NCBI GenBank assembly: GCA_965204205.1
Contig: OZ241976.1
Span: forward strand, 2,343,333-2,407,332
DNA length: 64,000 nucleotides
Source of the DNA: an uncultured Candidatus Binatia bacterium
GTDB taxonomy: Bacteria > Desulfobacterota > Binatia > UBA9968 > JAJDTQ01
Direction of reading: 5' to 3'
Part shown: positions 1-7,980 of the stretch, piece by piece
Layout: each line of letters starts with the position of its first letter
How positions within the stretch are numbered: position 1 is the stretch's first letter
Translations under genes and position numbers: made by a program
Notes under the pieces: model-generated
Told to the model about the DNA's origin: nothing
What the model saw: only the letters and a program-made list of their open reading frames with translations
Database searches by the model: none

Positions 1-1
1 G

Positions 2-1420
2 GTGGGGTTCCTGCCGGGCATCGGCGGTCCCACCACCCTGGCCATCATGCTTCCGTTCGTGATGACCATGCAGGACCCCTATCCGGTCATCGCGCTGCTG
101 GTGGGCATGGACGCGGTGGGCAACACCGCCAGCGCCTTCCCCTCCATCCTCATCTCCATACCCGGGAGCTCGGGCTCCCAGGCCACGATCCTGGATGGCT
201 ATCCCCTGGCGAAGCAGGGGCAGGCCGCCCGGGCGTTGAGCGCGTCCTTCGCGGCGTCGCTGCTGGGCGGGTTCGTGGGCGCCTTCGTCCTGGTGGCCTC
301 CCTGCCGGTGTTGCGGCCCCTGGTGCTCACCTTCGGCTCGCCGGAATTCTTCGTGCTCACGCTGTGGGGCCTCACCATGGTGGCGGTGCTGAGCGGCAAC
401 GCGCCCGTCAAGGGCATCATCGCCGGCATCATCGGAGTCCTGGTGGCCACCGTGGGCATGGACGTGAAGTCCGGAATACCCCGGTTCGACTTCGACTACG
501 ACTATCTCTGGGACGGCATCAGCCTCATCATCGTCGCCCTGGGGCTGTTCGGCATCCCCGAGATCATCGACCTGGCGAGCCGCAAGACCAGCATCGCCGA
601 GCACGAGGAACTGGGCAGCGGTTTCCTGGAGGGCATCAAGGACGTGTTCCGGCACTGGTGGCTGATGGTGCGCTCCTCCGCCATCGGCGCGTGGGTCGGT
701 TTCCTGCCGGGGCTCGGCAGCTCCGTCGCCGACTGGTTCGCCTATGCCCACGCGGTGCAGACCGAGAGGAACACCGACGGCTTCGGCAAGGGCGACATCC
801 GCGGGGTCATCGCGCCCGAGGCCTCCAACAACGCCAAGGAAGGCGGCGGGTACATCCCCACCCTGGCCTTCGGCATCCCCGGCAGCACCTCCACCGCGTT
901 GATCCTCACCGCCTTCGTGGCCGTGGGCATCAAGCCCGGCCCCGACATGCTGACCTCGCAGCTCGACCTCACCTTCGCGGTGATCTGGACCCTGGTCATC
1001 GGCAACGTCATCGCGGTGGCGATGTGCTGCGCCCTCGCCAGGCCCATGGCGCGGGCATGCTTCATGCCGTTCCACAGCATCGTGCCGCTGGTGGCGGTGT
1101 TCGTCTTCATCGGCGCCTTCGCCGCCAACTTCAGCGTCAACGACCTGCGGGCGCTGCTGGTGTTCTCGCTGCTGGGCTTCATGATGCGGCGGCACGGGTG
1201 GCCGCGGCCGCCGCTGCTTTTGGGGGTGGTGCTGGGCACCAAGATGGAGACCTACCTATGGCTCTCCTACACCCGGTACGGACTTGAATGGCTGCTGCGC
1301 CCGGCCGTCATCGTGCTGCTGATACTGGTGGCGGCCTCGCTCTGCTACCCGATGCTGAAGGCGCGCCGTGAGCGCCGGCTGGCCGCCGCCGAGGCCGGCG
1401 GGGAACCGAGCGGGACATGA
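2..1420 (+). CDS. tctA: Tripartite tricarboxylate transporter large permease TctA (5' partial, runs off window start)
   Basis: 472-aa polytopic membrane ORF with repeated G-rich permease segments typical of the TctA family. It is in frame from base 2 with no upstream start inside the window. Confidence 0.8.
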   Translation: MGFLPGIGGPTTLAIMLPFVMTMQDPYPVIALLVGMDAVGNTASAFPSILISIPGSSGSQATILDGYPLAKQGQAARALSASFAASLLGGFVGAFVLVASLPVLRPLVLTFGSPEFFVLTLWGLTMVAVLSGNAPVKGIIAGIIGVLVATVGMDVKSGIPRFDFDYDYLWDGISLIIVALGLFGIPEIIDLASRKTSIAEHEELGSGFLEGIKDVFRHWWLMVRSSAIGAWVGFLPGLGSSVADWFAYAHAVQTERNTDGFGKGDIRGVIAPEASNNAKEGGGYIPTLAFGIPGSTSTALILTAFVAVGIKPGPDMLTSQLDLTFAVIWTLVIGNVIAVAMCCALARPMARACFMPFHSIVPLVAVFVFIGAFAANFSVNDLRALLVFSLLGFMMRRHGWPRPPLLLGVVLGTKMETYLWLSYTRYGLEWLLRPAVIVLLILVAASLCYPMLKARRERRLAAAEAGGEPSGT

Positions 1421-1899
1421 ACGGAGACCGGCGACAACGCTACGAGGGCGCCCTCTTCACCGTGGTCATCGGGCTGGTGCTGTTGTGGGCGCTGCAGGTG
1501 GCCCACGGGTGGGACGAGTTGCGGGCATCCATCATCGTGTTCTTCCTGGGCGGCATCGGCGTGTGCCTGGCCGCGCTCCAGCTCGTGATGGATCTGCGCT
1601 CGGGCCGCGGCGGGACGGGGGCGCCGGGTATCCACATGGATGTCCCGTCCGTGCAGCCCGGAAGCCGTTGGGGCAACGTCGAAATCTGGGCCTGGATCCT
1701 GGGGTTCTATGCCGCCATCCGCATCATCGGGTTCCCGCCGGCGGTGCCCCTGTTCGTGTTCACCTACGCCAAAACCTACGGCGGGGGCTGGTTCCTCTCC
1801 GGCCTCCTGGCCGCGCTGGCCTGGGGGTTCGTCTACGGCGTGTTCGAGCACATCCTGCACGTGCCCTGGCCGGAGCCGTGGCTGTGGGGACCCGATTGA
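1417..1899 (+). CDS. Small 4-TM membrane protein, TctB-like (putative)
   Basis: 160 aa, four hydrophobic helices, start overlaps the tctA stop (ATGA). The tctA-then-tctB order is atypical, so this is tentative. Confidence 0.45.
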   Translation: MNGDRRQRYEGALFTVVIGLVLLWALQVAHGWDELRASIIVFFLGGIGVCLAALQLVMDLRSGRGGTGAPGIHMDVPSVQPGSRWGNVEIWAWILGFYAAIRIIGFPPAVPLFVFTYAKTYGGGWFLSGLLAALAWGFVYGVFEHILHVPWPEPWLWGPD

Positions 1900-1931
1900 G
1901 TGCCGCCCGGCACGCTGCCGTGCGGCGGTCC

Positions 1932-1968
1932 GCAGGGGCCACCGGCCGGTGGCCCCTGCACCCTGTTT
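1932..1968 (+). terminator. Perfect 14-bp-stem palindrome GCAGGGGCCACCGG/CCGGTGGCCCCTGC followed by a weak T-rich tail; putative terminator after tctB
   Basis: Perfect inverted repeat read directly about 30 bp after the tctB stop. The downstream TGTTTC run is only weakly U-rich. Confidence 0.4.
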
Positions 1969-1976
1969 CAGCCCAA

Positions 1977-2136
1977 GTGTCCTGTCCGGTCAATTAGCAC
2001 AATAATCTGCGGGTCTTTTTCGCCGTCGGCGGCGTTGCTCTTCCTCGCGTGGTGCCCGCCACAGCTCGTCATCGCGCCTTGCCGACAACGAAAAATCCTC
2101 CGCATATTATCATGCCAATTTAACCGGACAGGACAC
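1977..2136. repeat. 160-bp MITE-like element with 14-bp perfect terminal inverted repeats (GTGTCCTGTCCGGT ... ACCGGACAGGACAC), abutting IS5 copy A
   Basis: TIRs read directly at 1977-1990 and 2123-2136. The internal 2030-2136 segment recurs at 40025-40155. Confidence 0.4.
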
Positions 2137-3437
2137 TAGCAGGCCGTGGAAAAACCCACGGATTTGAGTGTTGGTGACTGATGCAAAGGGAATCGGACCC
2201 TCGACGGGCTGGGATAGAGGTCATTCGCACGCCTTTTCATGCCAACGACCGTGGCGCAGACGCACGCCTCCACAGGAAGTGTGGTCACGTGCCCACTCCC
2301 AAGGTGCGCAGCCGCACCAGGTTGTAGGCCGCGAAGGTCAGGGTGAACTGGAAGTCCACCTTCGGAAGCCCCCGATGCTTGAGCTTGCGCAACCCGCCGA
2401 CGGTCTTGGCCCATCCGAAGGCTTCCTCGATCCGCTTGCGCACTCGCTGGCTCTGAGTGTAGCCAGCGTGGCGGGTGGTGCGGCCGTCAATGGCCGAACG
2501 CCGATTGGTGTCGTTCTGCGCCACATGAGGACTCGCGTTCGCCCAGCGCAACCCCTCGACAAAGTCACGGGTATCGTACCCCTTGTCCGCACCCACGGTG
2601 AGCCGGCCCTTGCCGGGTCGCCCCTCGATCATGGACAGCGCCGACTCCCGCTCAGCCCGGCCGCTGGCCTGGGTGGTACGCGTGTCGACGATCAGTCCAT
2701 GGCGGTTGTCCATCAAGGCATGCCCCAGGTAGCACAACTTCGCTTCCTGCCCCTTGCCCTTGCGGTACTGCAGGGCCTGCGGGTCGGTGGTGGACTCATG
2801 GGTCGCATTGCTGCGCTTCTCGCCCCGGAAGTCCTCCTCGGCATTGCGTCCGCCGCCGCCCCGCGGTCCCTCGCCCCCTTTGGGGCGAAACGACTTCATC
2901 GACGCCCAGGCCTCCAGCAGCGTCCCATCGACACTGAAGTGCTCATCCGACAAAAGCCGGGCGTCACGCGCCTGCACCAGGATCTTCGCAAAGAACTCCC
3001 GGGCGATGTCCGAGCCGATCAACCGCTCCCGGTTCTTCGTGAACGTCGAGTGGTCCCACATCGCCTCGTCCATCGACAGCCCCACAAACCACCGGAACAA
3101 GAGGTTGTAGTCCAGTTGCTCCACCAACAGCCGCTCGCTGCGGATCGAGTAAAGCACCTGCAACAGCAACGCCCGCAGCAACTGTTCCGGCGCGATCGAA
3201 GGCCGCCCCGTGTGCGAGTACATCGCCTCCAACTCCCCGGACAGATCTTCCAGCGCCCGGTTCACCATCTCCCGGATCGGTCGCAACGGATGGTCCTTGG
3301 GAACACGGGCTTCCGGCGATACATAGCTGAACATGCCTTCTTGACGCGGATCAGTGCCTCTCATCGACTCCTCCGTCCCAGTACGAACATACAAAATATG
3401 TACCCGCGTCAGACGGACTTTTTCAACAACCTGCTAG
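2137..3437 (-). mobile_element. IS5-family insertion sequence, copy A (about 1.29 kb body flanked by CTAG at both ends)
   Basis: Near-identical to the element at 56236..57537. Imperfect terminal IRs CAGG(C/T)(C/T)GT(G/T)GAAAA. CTAG is present at 2137-2140 and 3434-3437, consistent with IS5-group YTAR targets and 4-bp duplication. Confidence 0.85.
2285..3394 (-). CDS. IS5-family DDE transposase (DUF772 N-terminal region plus DDE_Tnp_1)
   Basis: 369-aa ORF. The N-terminus MFSYVSPEARVPKDHPLRPIR is characteristic of IS5-group transposases. A second copy in the window differs at about nine residues. Confidence 0.9.
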   Translation of the reverse strand: MYVRTGTEESMRGTDPRQEGMFSYVSPEARVPKDHPLRPIREMVNRALEDLSGELEAMYSHTGRPSIAPEQLLRALLLQVLYSIRSERLLVEQLDYNLLFRWFVGLSMDEAMWDHSTFTKNRERLIGSDIAREFFAKILVQARDARLLSDEHFSVDGTLLEAWASMKSFRPKGGEGPRGGGGRNAEEDFRGEKRSNATHESTTDPQALQYRKGKGQEAKLCYLGHALMDNRHGLIVDTRTTQASGRAERESALSMIEGRPGKGRLTVGADKGYDTRDFVEGLRWANASPHVAQNDTNRRSAIDGRTTRHAGYTQSQRVRKRIEEAFGWAKTVGGLRKLKHRGLPKVDFQFTLTFAAYNLVRLRTLGVGT

Positions 3438-4231
3438 CGGAACGTGATCACCGAGCTCACGCCGCGGCCGGCGTCGGTGTGGATCACCTCGCCGGTCATG
3501 ATGCGGGACTGGGACGACGCCAGCAGCAAGTAGGCGGCGGCGTGGTCCTCCGGGACCACGGCGACTTCGAGGAGGTTGTTGCCGAGGCCCGCGGGCGGTC
3601 GGGGAGCGCCGAAGACGTCGTCTCCGCCGGCTCCGGGGGCCAGGGACGGCGCCGCGCGCAGGCCGGTGGCGGTGCCGGACGGCGCCACCCCGTTCACCCG
3701 GACCGTGGGGGCCAGCTCGTTGGCCAACTGCCGCACCAAGCCCAGGGCGGCGTGCTTGGAGGCGACGTACAGGGTCCCGCCGCTCACGTAGTAGGACGAC
3801 GTGGACAGCGTGAACACCATGTTGCCGCGGGTCTTGATCAGCTCGGGGATGGCGGCCTTGGCGCCCAGGAAATAGCCCTTGACATTGACTCCGAGGACCT
3901 CGTCGTAGCCCTTCTCCAGCTCCTCGTCCGATAGCTCCGCCAGGGGCCGTCTGGCGTCGTGGATGCCGGCGTTGCCTACGAACACCGTCAGCTTTCCGAA
4001 CTCCGACACCGCCGCGGCCACCGCCCGGCGGTTGTCCTCCAGGCTGCGCACGTCGCCGGACACCACCGCCACTCCCTCGCCCACCTCGTCCTTCAGCGCG
4101 GCCAGTCGTTCCGCGGAACGGTCGAAGGCCACCACCTTGGCGCCCTCCTCGACGAAACGGACCACCACGGCCTTGCCGATCCCCGAACCGGCCCCGGTCA
4201 CGACCGCCACCTCGTTCTCGAGCCATTGCAT
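3434..4231 (-). CDS. SDR-family short-chain dehydrogenase/reductase
   Basis: TGAGSGIG Rossmann motif, NAG and YxxxK-like catalytic region. Start chosen at MQWLENE (ATG 4231) because an AAGGAG RBS lies 9 nt upstream. The stop TAG lies within the CTAG at the IS5 copy A junction. Confidence 0.85.
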   Translation of the reverse strand: MQWLENEVAVVTGAGSGIGKAVVVRFVEEGAKVVAFDRSAERLAALKDEVGEGVAVVSGDVRSLEDNRRAVAAAVSEFGKLTVFVGNAGIHDARRPLAELSDEELEKGYDEVLGVNVKGYFLGAKAAIPELIKTRGNMVFTLSTSSYYVSGGTLYVASKHAALGLVRQLANELAPTVRVNGVAPSGTATGLRAAPSLAPGAGGDDVFGAPRPPAGLGNNLLEVAVVPEDHAAAYLLLASSQSRIMTGEVIHTDAGRGVSSVITFR

Positions 4232-4438
4232 GGACGTTACCTCCTTGAGTGTGGGCTGTACCATACCAATCGCCGGGCCGGTTCGGAACCGTCCGGCGTC
4301 ACTCCGACCGGCGCCCTTCGGCTTCGCGCCGGCGGCGCGAAGCCGAAGGGCGCCATCCTGCTCGGCAGCAATGGATCAGCGCTTCCTTGACACCGCCACG
4401 CGCCCGGGGATAGAGTCGCCTGAGCGGACGGTGCGTCC

Positions 4439-5477
4439 CATGACGGTACGATTTCCCACAACCGGGGCCATCGCGGGCGACCTTTACGGCATGGTGTTGC
4501 GTGAGCTGACTCTGTGCAAGGCGACGTCCGACGAGACCATCGTTGTCTTCACCGACACCCGCACCAACGCCAACTACGCCGCCGCCTTCCTGGCCGCCGC
4601 CAAGGAAGTGGCCGCCAGCGCGTTCGAGATCAAGATCCCGCTGCTGCCCGGCACCGCCGGGGGCGACACCGACGTGACGCCGGTGGTGGAGATCCTGAAG
4701 AGCGCTCACCTGGTGGTGGACCTCACCACCGGTGGCGTCCTCTACCTCTACAGCAAGAGACTTGCGGACGTGCTGTCCGGCGGCACCCGGGTGCTGCAGG
4801 TGCGCGGCACCGAGGACCAGCTCCGGCGCTGCTTTCCCGACGAAGCGGTGCGGCGGCGGACCCTGAACGGCGCCCGGAAACTGGAGGACGCCGGCGAGAT
4901 ACGGGTCACCACCGGCACCGGCACGGACCTCTCCATGCGCAAGGACGGCCGGCGCGGCGTGACGCAGTACGGCATCAGCGACGTGGCCGGCCGCTGGGAC
5001 AGCTGGCCCTCGGGGTTCTTGTACTGCGCGCCGCTGGAGGACAGCGCCAACGGCACGCTGATGCTCGACCCCGGGGACCTGCTGGTGATGCTGGGCCGAT
5101 ACGTGCAGCAGCCGGTGCGCATCGAGGTCAAGGACGGCCGCATCACGGCCGTCGAAGGGGGCGTGGACGCCATCCTGCTCAAGGAGCACCTCGAGCAGTC
5201 GGGTGACCCCCAGGCCTTCATCATCTCGCACATCGGCTGGGGCACGGACGCGCGGGCGCGCTGGGTGGAGGTGGCGCAGCGCGGCACCGAGGAGGGCGCG
5301 CGCGACGCCCGCTCCACCTACGGCAACGTGCAGATCGCCTTCGGCGCCAACTACGCGCTGGGCGGAAAGAACACCACGCTGGCCCACGAGGACCTGATCC
5401 TGCGCCGGGCCGCTTTCCATCTCGACGGAGAGATGATCGTCGACGACGGCCAAATCATCCCCGAAGAGCTGAGGTGA
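4439..5477 (+). CDS. 2,5-dihydroxypyridine 5,6-dioxygenase-like protein (NicX / M29 aminopeptidase-like fold)
   Basis: C-terminal motifs GRWDSWPSGF, ISHIGWG and YGN..GG match my recollection of Pseudomonas NicX. Start ambiguous (ATG 4439 chosen; 4371 or 4491 possible). The long upstream ORF extension is antisense to the SDR gene. Confidence 0.6.
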
Positions 5478-5520
5478 CGGCTGTAGGCCGTAACGCCGTC
5501 GACACTGCAGGAGGAATCCC

Positions 5521-6375
5521 ATGAGCCTGACCGTCAAGCCCGTCTGCCCCGCCGTCGGCGCCGAGATCGAGGGCCTGGATCTGCGCGAGCCGCTGACCGA
5601 GGAAGCCCGTGAACAGATCCTGGACGCCTTTCACGAGTACGTGCTGCTGCTGTTCCGGGGACAGGAACTGACCGAGGATCAGCAGACGGCTTTCGCCACC
5701 ACCTTCGGCGAGTTGGGCAAGCGCACCGTGGGGGCCCGTTTCGTCAAGTCCCCCAAGGACACCTACGCCAACCCGGTGATGATGGTCACCAACCGCAGCG
5801 ACGACGGACCCACGGGCAACACCGCCTCCTTCGGCGACGGCGAGATGTGGTTCCACCACGACACCTGCTTCTACCCGGTGCCCAACATCGTCACCATGCT
5901 GTACGGCATGGAGGTCACCACCAGCGGCGGACTGACGCGTATCGCGAACATGTACCTGGCGTACGACAGTATCCCCCGGGAACTGCGCGACCGGCTGGAG
6001 GGACGAACCGTCCTGCAGGTTTACGACTACAACCGCTACCGCATCGACCCCAACGTGGACATGGCCGGCGCCCGAAGCCACGTGCAGCCCATCTTCATCA
6101 CCCACCCGGTGACCGGCAAGAAAGCGCTCTACGTGAACCGGACCATGACCGCGCACATCGAAGGGATGGACCGCGCCGAGAGCGACGCCATCCTGGACCA
6201 ACTGTTCGAAATCGCCGAGGACGACCGCATCGTTTACGACCACCAGTGGCGGGTGGGCGACCTGCTCATGTGGGACAACCGCTGCTCCACCCACGCGCGC
6301 ACCGACTTCCCCGCCGAGGAGGCGCGAATCCTGCGGCGCTGCACGGTGGCCGGGAAGGAGCCGGTCCACGCGTAG
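5521..6375 (+). CDS. TauD/TfdA-family Fe(II)/2-oxoglutarate-dependent dioxygenase, paralog 1
   Basis: 284 aa. HHD...H metal-binding pattern and an R near the C-terminus. AGGAGG RBS upstream. 55-60% identical to the next gene by eye. Confidence 0.85.
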   Translation: MSLTVKPVCPAVGAEIEGLDLREPLTEEAREQILDAFHEYVLLLFRGQELTEDQQTAFATTFGELGKRTVGARFVKSPKDTYANPVMMVTNRSDDGPTGNTASFGDGEMWFHHDTCFYPVPNIVTMLYGMEVTTSGGLTRIANMYLAYDSIPRELRDRLEGRTVLQVYDYNRYRIDPNVDMAGARSHVQPIFITHPVTGKKALYVNRTMTAHIEGMDRAESDAILDQLFEIAEDDRIVYDHQWRVGDLLMWDNRCSTHARTDFPAEEARILRRCTVAGKEPVHA

Positions 6376-6405
6376 GGACCGATTCCTCGGGAACAGGAGA
6401 AGACC

Positions 6406-7263
6406 ATGAGCTTGAACACAAGACCGCTGTCACCGGCCCTGGGAGTCGAGATCCTCGGACTGGACGTGAGCGAGCCGCTGGATGAAAAGGTCCGGGACGA
6501 GATCCTTGCGGAGTTCTACCAACACGTCGCGCTGCTGTTCCGCGGCCAGGACCTCACGGTGGAGCAGCAGAACCGCTTCACCACCACCTTCGGCGACATC
6601 GGCAAGCGCACCATCGGCCCCCGTCTTCGGAAATCCGCCGACGACATCTACACCACGCCGGTGATGGTGGTGAGCAACATCAAGGAGAACGGCAAGCCGC
6701 TCGAGGGGTCCTCGGCCAACGGCGACCGGGAGATGGGCTTCCACCAGGACACCGCCTTTCACGAGATCCCCGACCACGTCACCATCCTGTACGGCATCGA
6801 GGTGTCGTCCCACGGCGGCCATACCATGGTGACCAACCAGTACGCCGCCTACGACAGCGTCCCGGCCGACCTCAAGACGAAGCTGGAAGGATGCAAGGTG
6901 CTGCAGGTCTACGACTACCAGCGGCACACCGTGGGTCCCGACCTCGATCTGAGCGGCGCCCGCTATTTCATGCAGCCCATCTTCATCACCCACCCGGTCA
7001 CGGGCCGCAAGGCGCTGTACGTGAACCGCATGATGTCCGTCCACATCGAGGGCATGAACCGGGCCGAGAGCGACGCCATCCTGGGCGACCTGTTCGACAT
7101 CACCGAGGACCCGCGCTTCAGGTACGAGCACGTGTGGGAGGTGGGAGACCTGCTGATGTGGGACAACTTCTGCTCGATCCACGCCCGCACGTTCTACCCG
7201 GACGAGGAGCGCCGGCTGCTGCGGCGCACCACCGTGGCCGGCAAGGGCCAGTTGCACGCGTAA
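6406..7263 (+). CDS. TauD/TfdA-family Fe(II)/2-oxoglutarate-dependent dioxygenase, paralog 2
   Basis: 285 aa tandem paralog of 5521..6375. CAGGAG RBS upstream. Confidence 0.85.
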   Translation: MSLNTRPLSPALGVEILGLDVSEPLDEKVRDEILAEFYQHVALLFRGQDLTVEQQNRFTTTFGDIGKRTIGPRLRKSADDIYTTPVMVVSNIKENGKPLEGSSANGDREMGFHQDTAFHEIPDHVTILYGIEVSSHGGHTMVTNQYAAYDSVPADLKTKLEGCKVLQVYDYQRHTVGPDLDLSGARYFMQPIFITHPVTGRKALYVNRMMSVHIEGMNRAESDAILGDLFDITEDPRFRYEHVWEVGDLLMWDNFCSIHARTFYPDEERRLLRRTTVAGKGQLHA

Positions 7264-7365
7264 GCCGGTCTCGCCCGGCCCCCTGGACCCCGGGTCAAGC
7301 CCGGGGTAACGGAAGTGTCGGCCGGGGTGACGGAAGGGGCGTGCCGAGCCTTCCGGGACCGCGCG

Positions 7366-7761
7366 TCAGGTCAGTCCCGTCTTGACCTCGATCTGGTTGC
7401 CGTCCGGATCCAGGATGTACTGCGAGTCGCTGCGCCCGGTGGCGCCGGTGCGCGGCACCACGCCGCCTTCGAGCCTCACCCCCATGGCTTTTGTCCGGTC
7501 GAGGATTTCCCGGAACTCGGGGTCGGTGAAGGTCAGGCAGAAGTGGTCCACGCCGCCGTGCTCCTCCGGGCTGCGGGACCGGAACGATGCCTCGTTCAAC
7601 AGGAAGATAATGCTTCCGCCCACCTCCATGGCGGCCGCCTCGACATTGCTCCTTCCGAGCATGCGGCGGTCCACCATCTCGAAGCCGAAGAGATCGCTGT
7701 AGAACCGGATGGAGCGGTCGAGGTCGGTGACCTTGACCCCCACGTGGTCGAGTAGCGGCAT
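7366..7761 (-). CDS. VOC/glyoxalase-bleomycin-resistance family protein
   Basis: 131 aa from MPLLDHVGVKV. Typical glyoxalase-I-like betaalphabetabetabeta signature (HVGV..D...FY) and an ILDPDGN motif. Confidence 0.8.
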   Translation of the reverse strand: MPLLDHVGVKVTDLDRSIRFYSDLFGFEMVDRRMLGRSNVEAAAMEVGGSIIFLLNEASFRSRSPEEHGGVDHFCLTFTDPEFREILDRTKAMGVRLEGGVVPRTGATGRSDSQYILDPDGNQIEVKTGLT

Positions 7762-7897
7762 CACGCACCTCCTTGTCGGATACACGCTTATACCCCGAAC
7801 GGGGGGCGAAGGGTATCGGCACCCTCCCGACAGCTTCATGCGTGGCGGCGGATCAGGTAGACTAGGAGCCTGTCCGAACGATCGAATGGTTGCGGGT

Positions 7898-7920
7898 AGG
7901 GGCGACCGCGGGTCGCCCCT
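7898..7920. repeat. REP-like palindrome AGGGGCGACCGCGGGTCGCCCCT
   Basis: Perfect 9-bp stem with 5-nt loop. Member of a dispersed family with at least eight copies in the window. Confidence 0.5.
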
Positions 7921-7980
7921 ACGGGAGTCCACCTCAGCGTAGGACCCGGCCAATCATCCTCGAAAGCCCCGGTCACGCAC

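Noticed and set aside
2168-3934. 588-aa plus-strand ORF across IS5 copy A and the SDR gene; equivalent 544-aa ORF 55871..57505 across copy B
   Set aside because: Antisense to the well-supported transposase and SDR/hydrolase genes. Low-complexity Arg/Pro/Gly-rich translation typical of spurious frames in GC-rich DNA.
4232-4264. Upstream ATG (4264) as the SDR start
   Set aside because: An AAGGAG Shine-Dalgarno lies at 4241-4246, 9 nt upstream of the ATG at 4231 (MQWLENE...). The longer form would translate through its own RBS.
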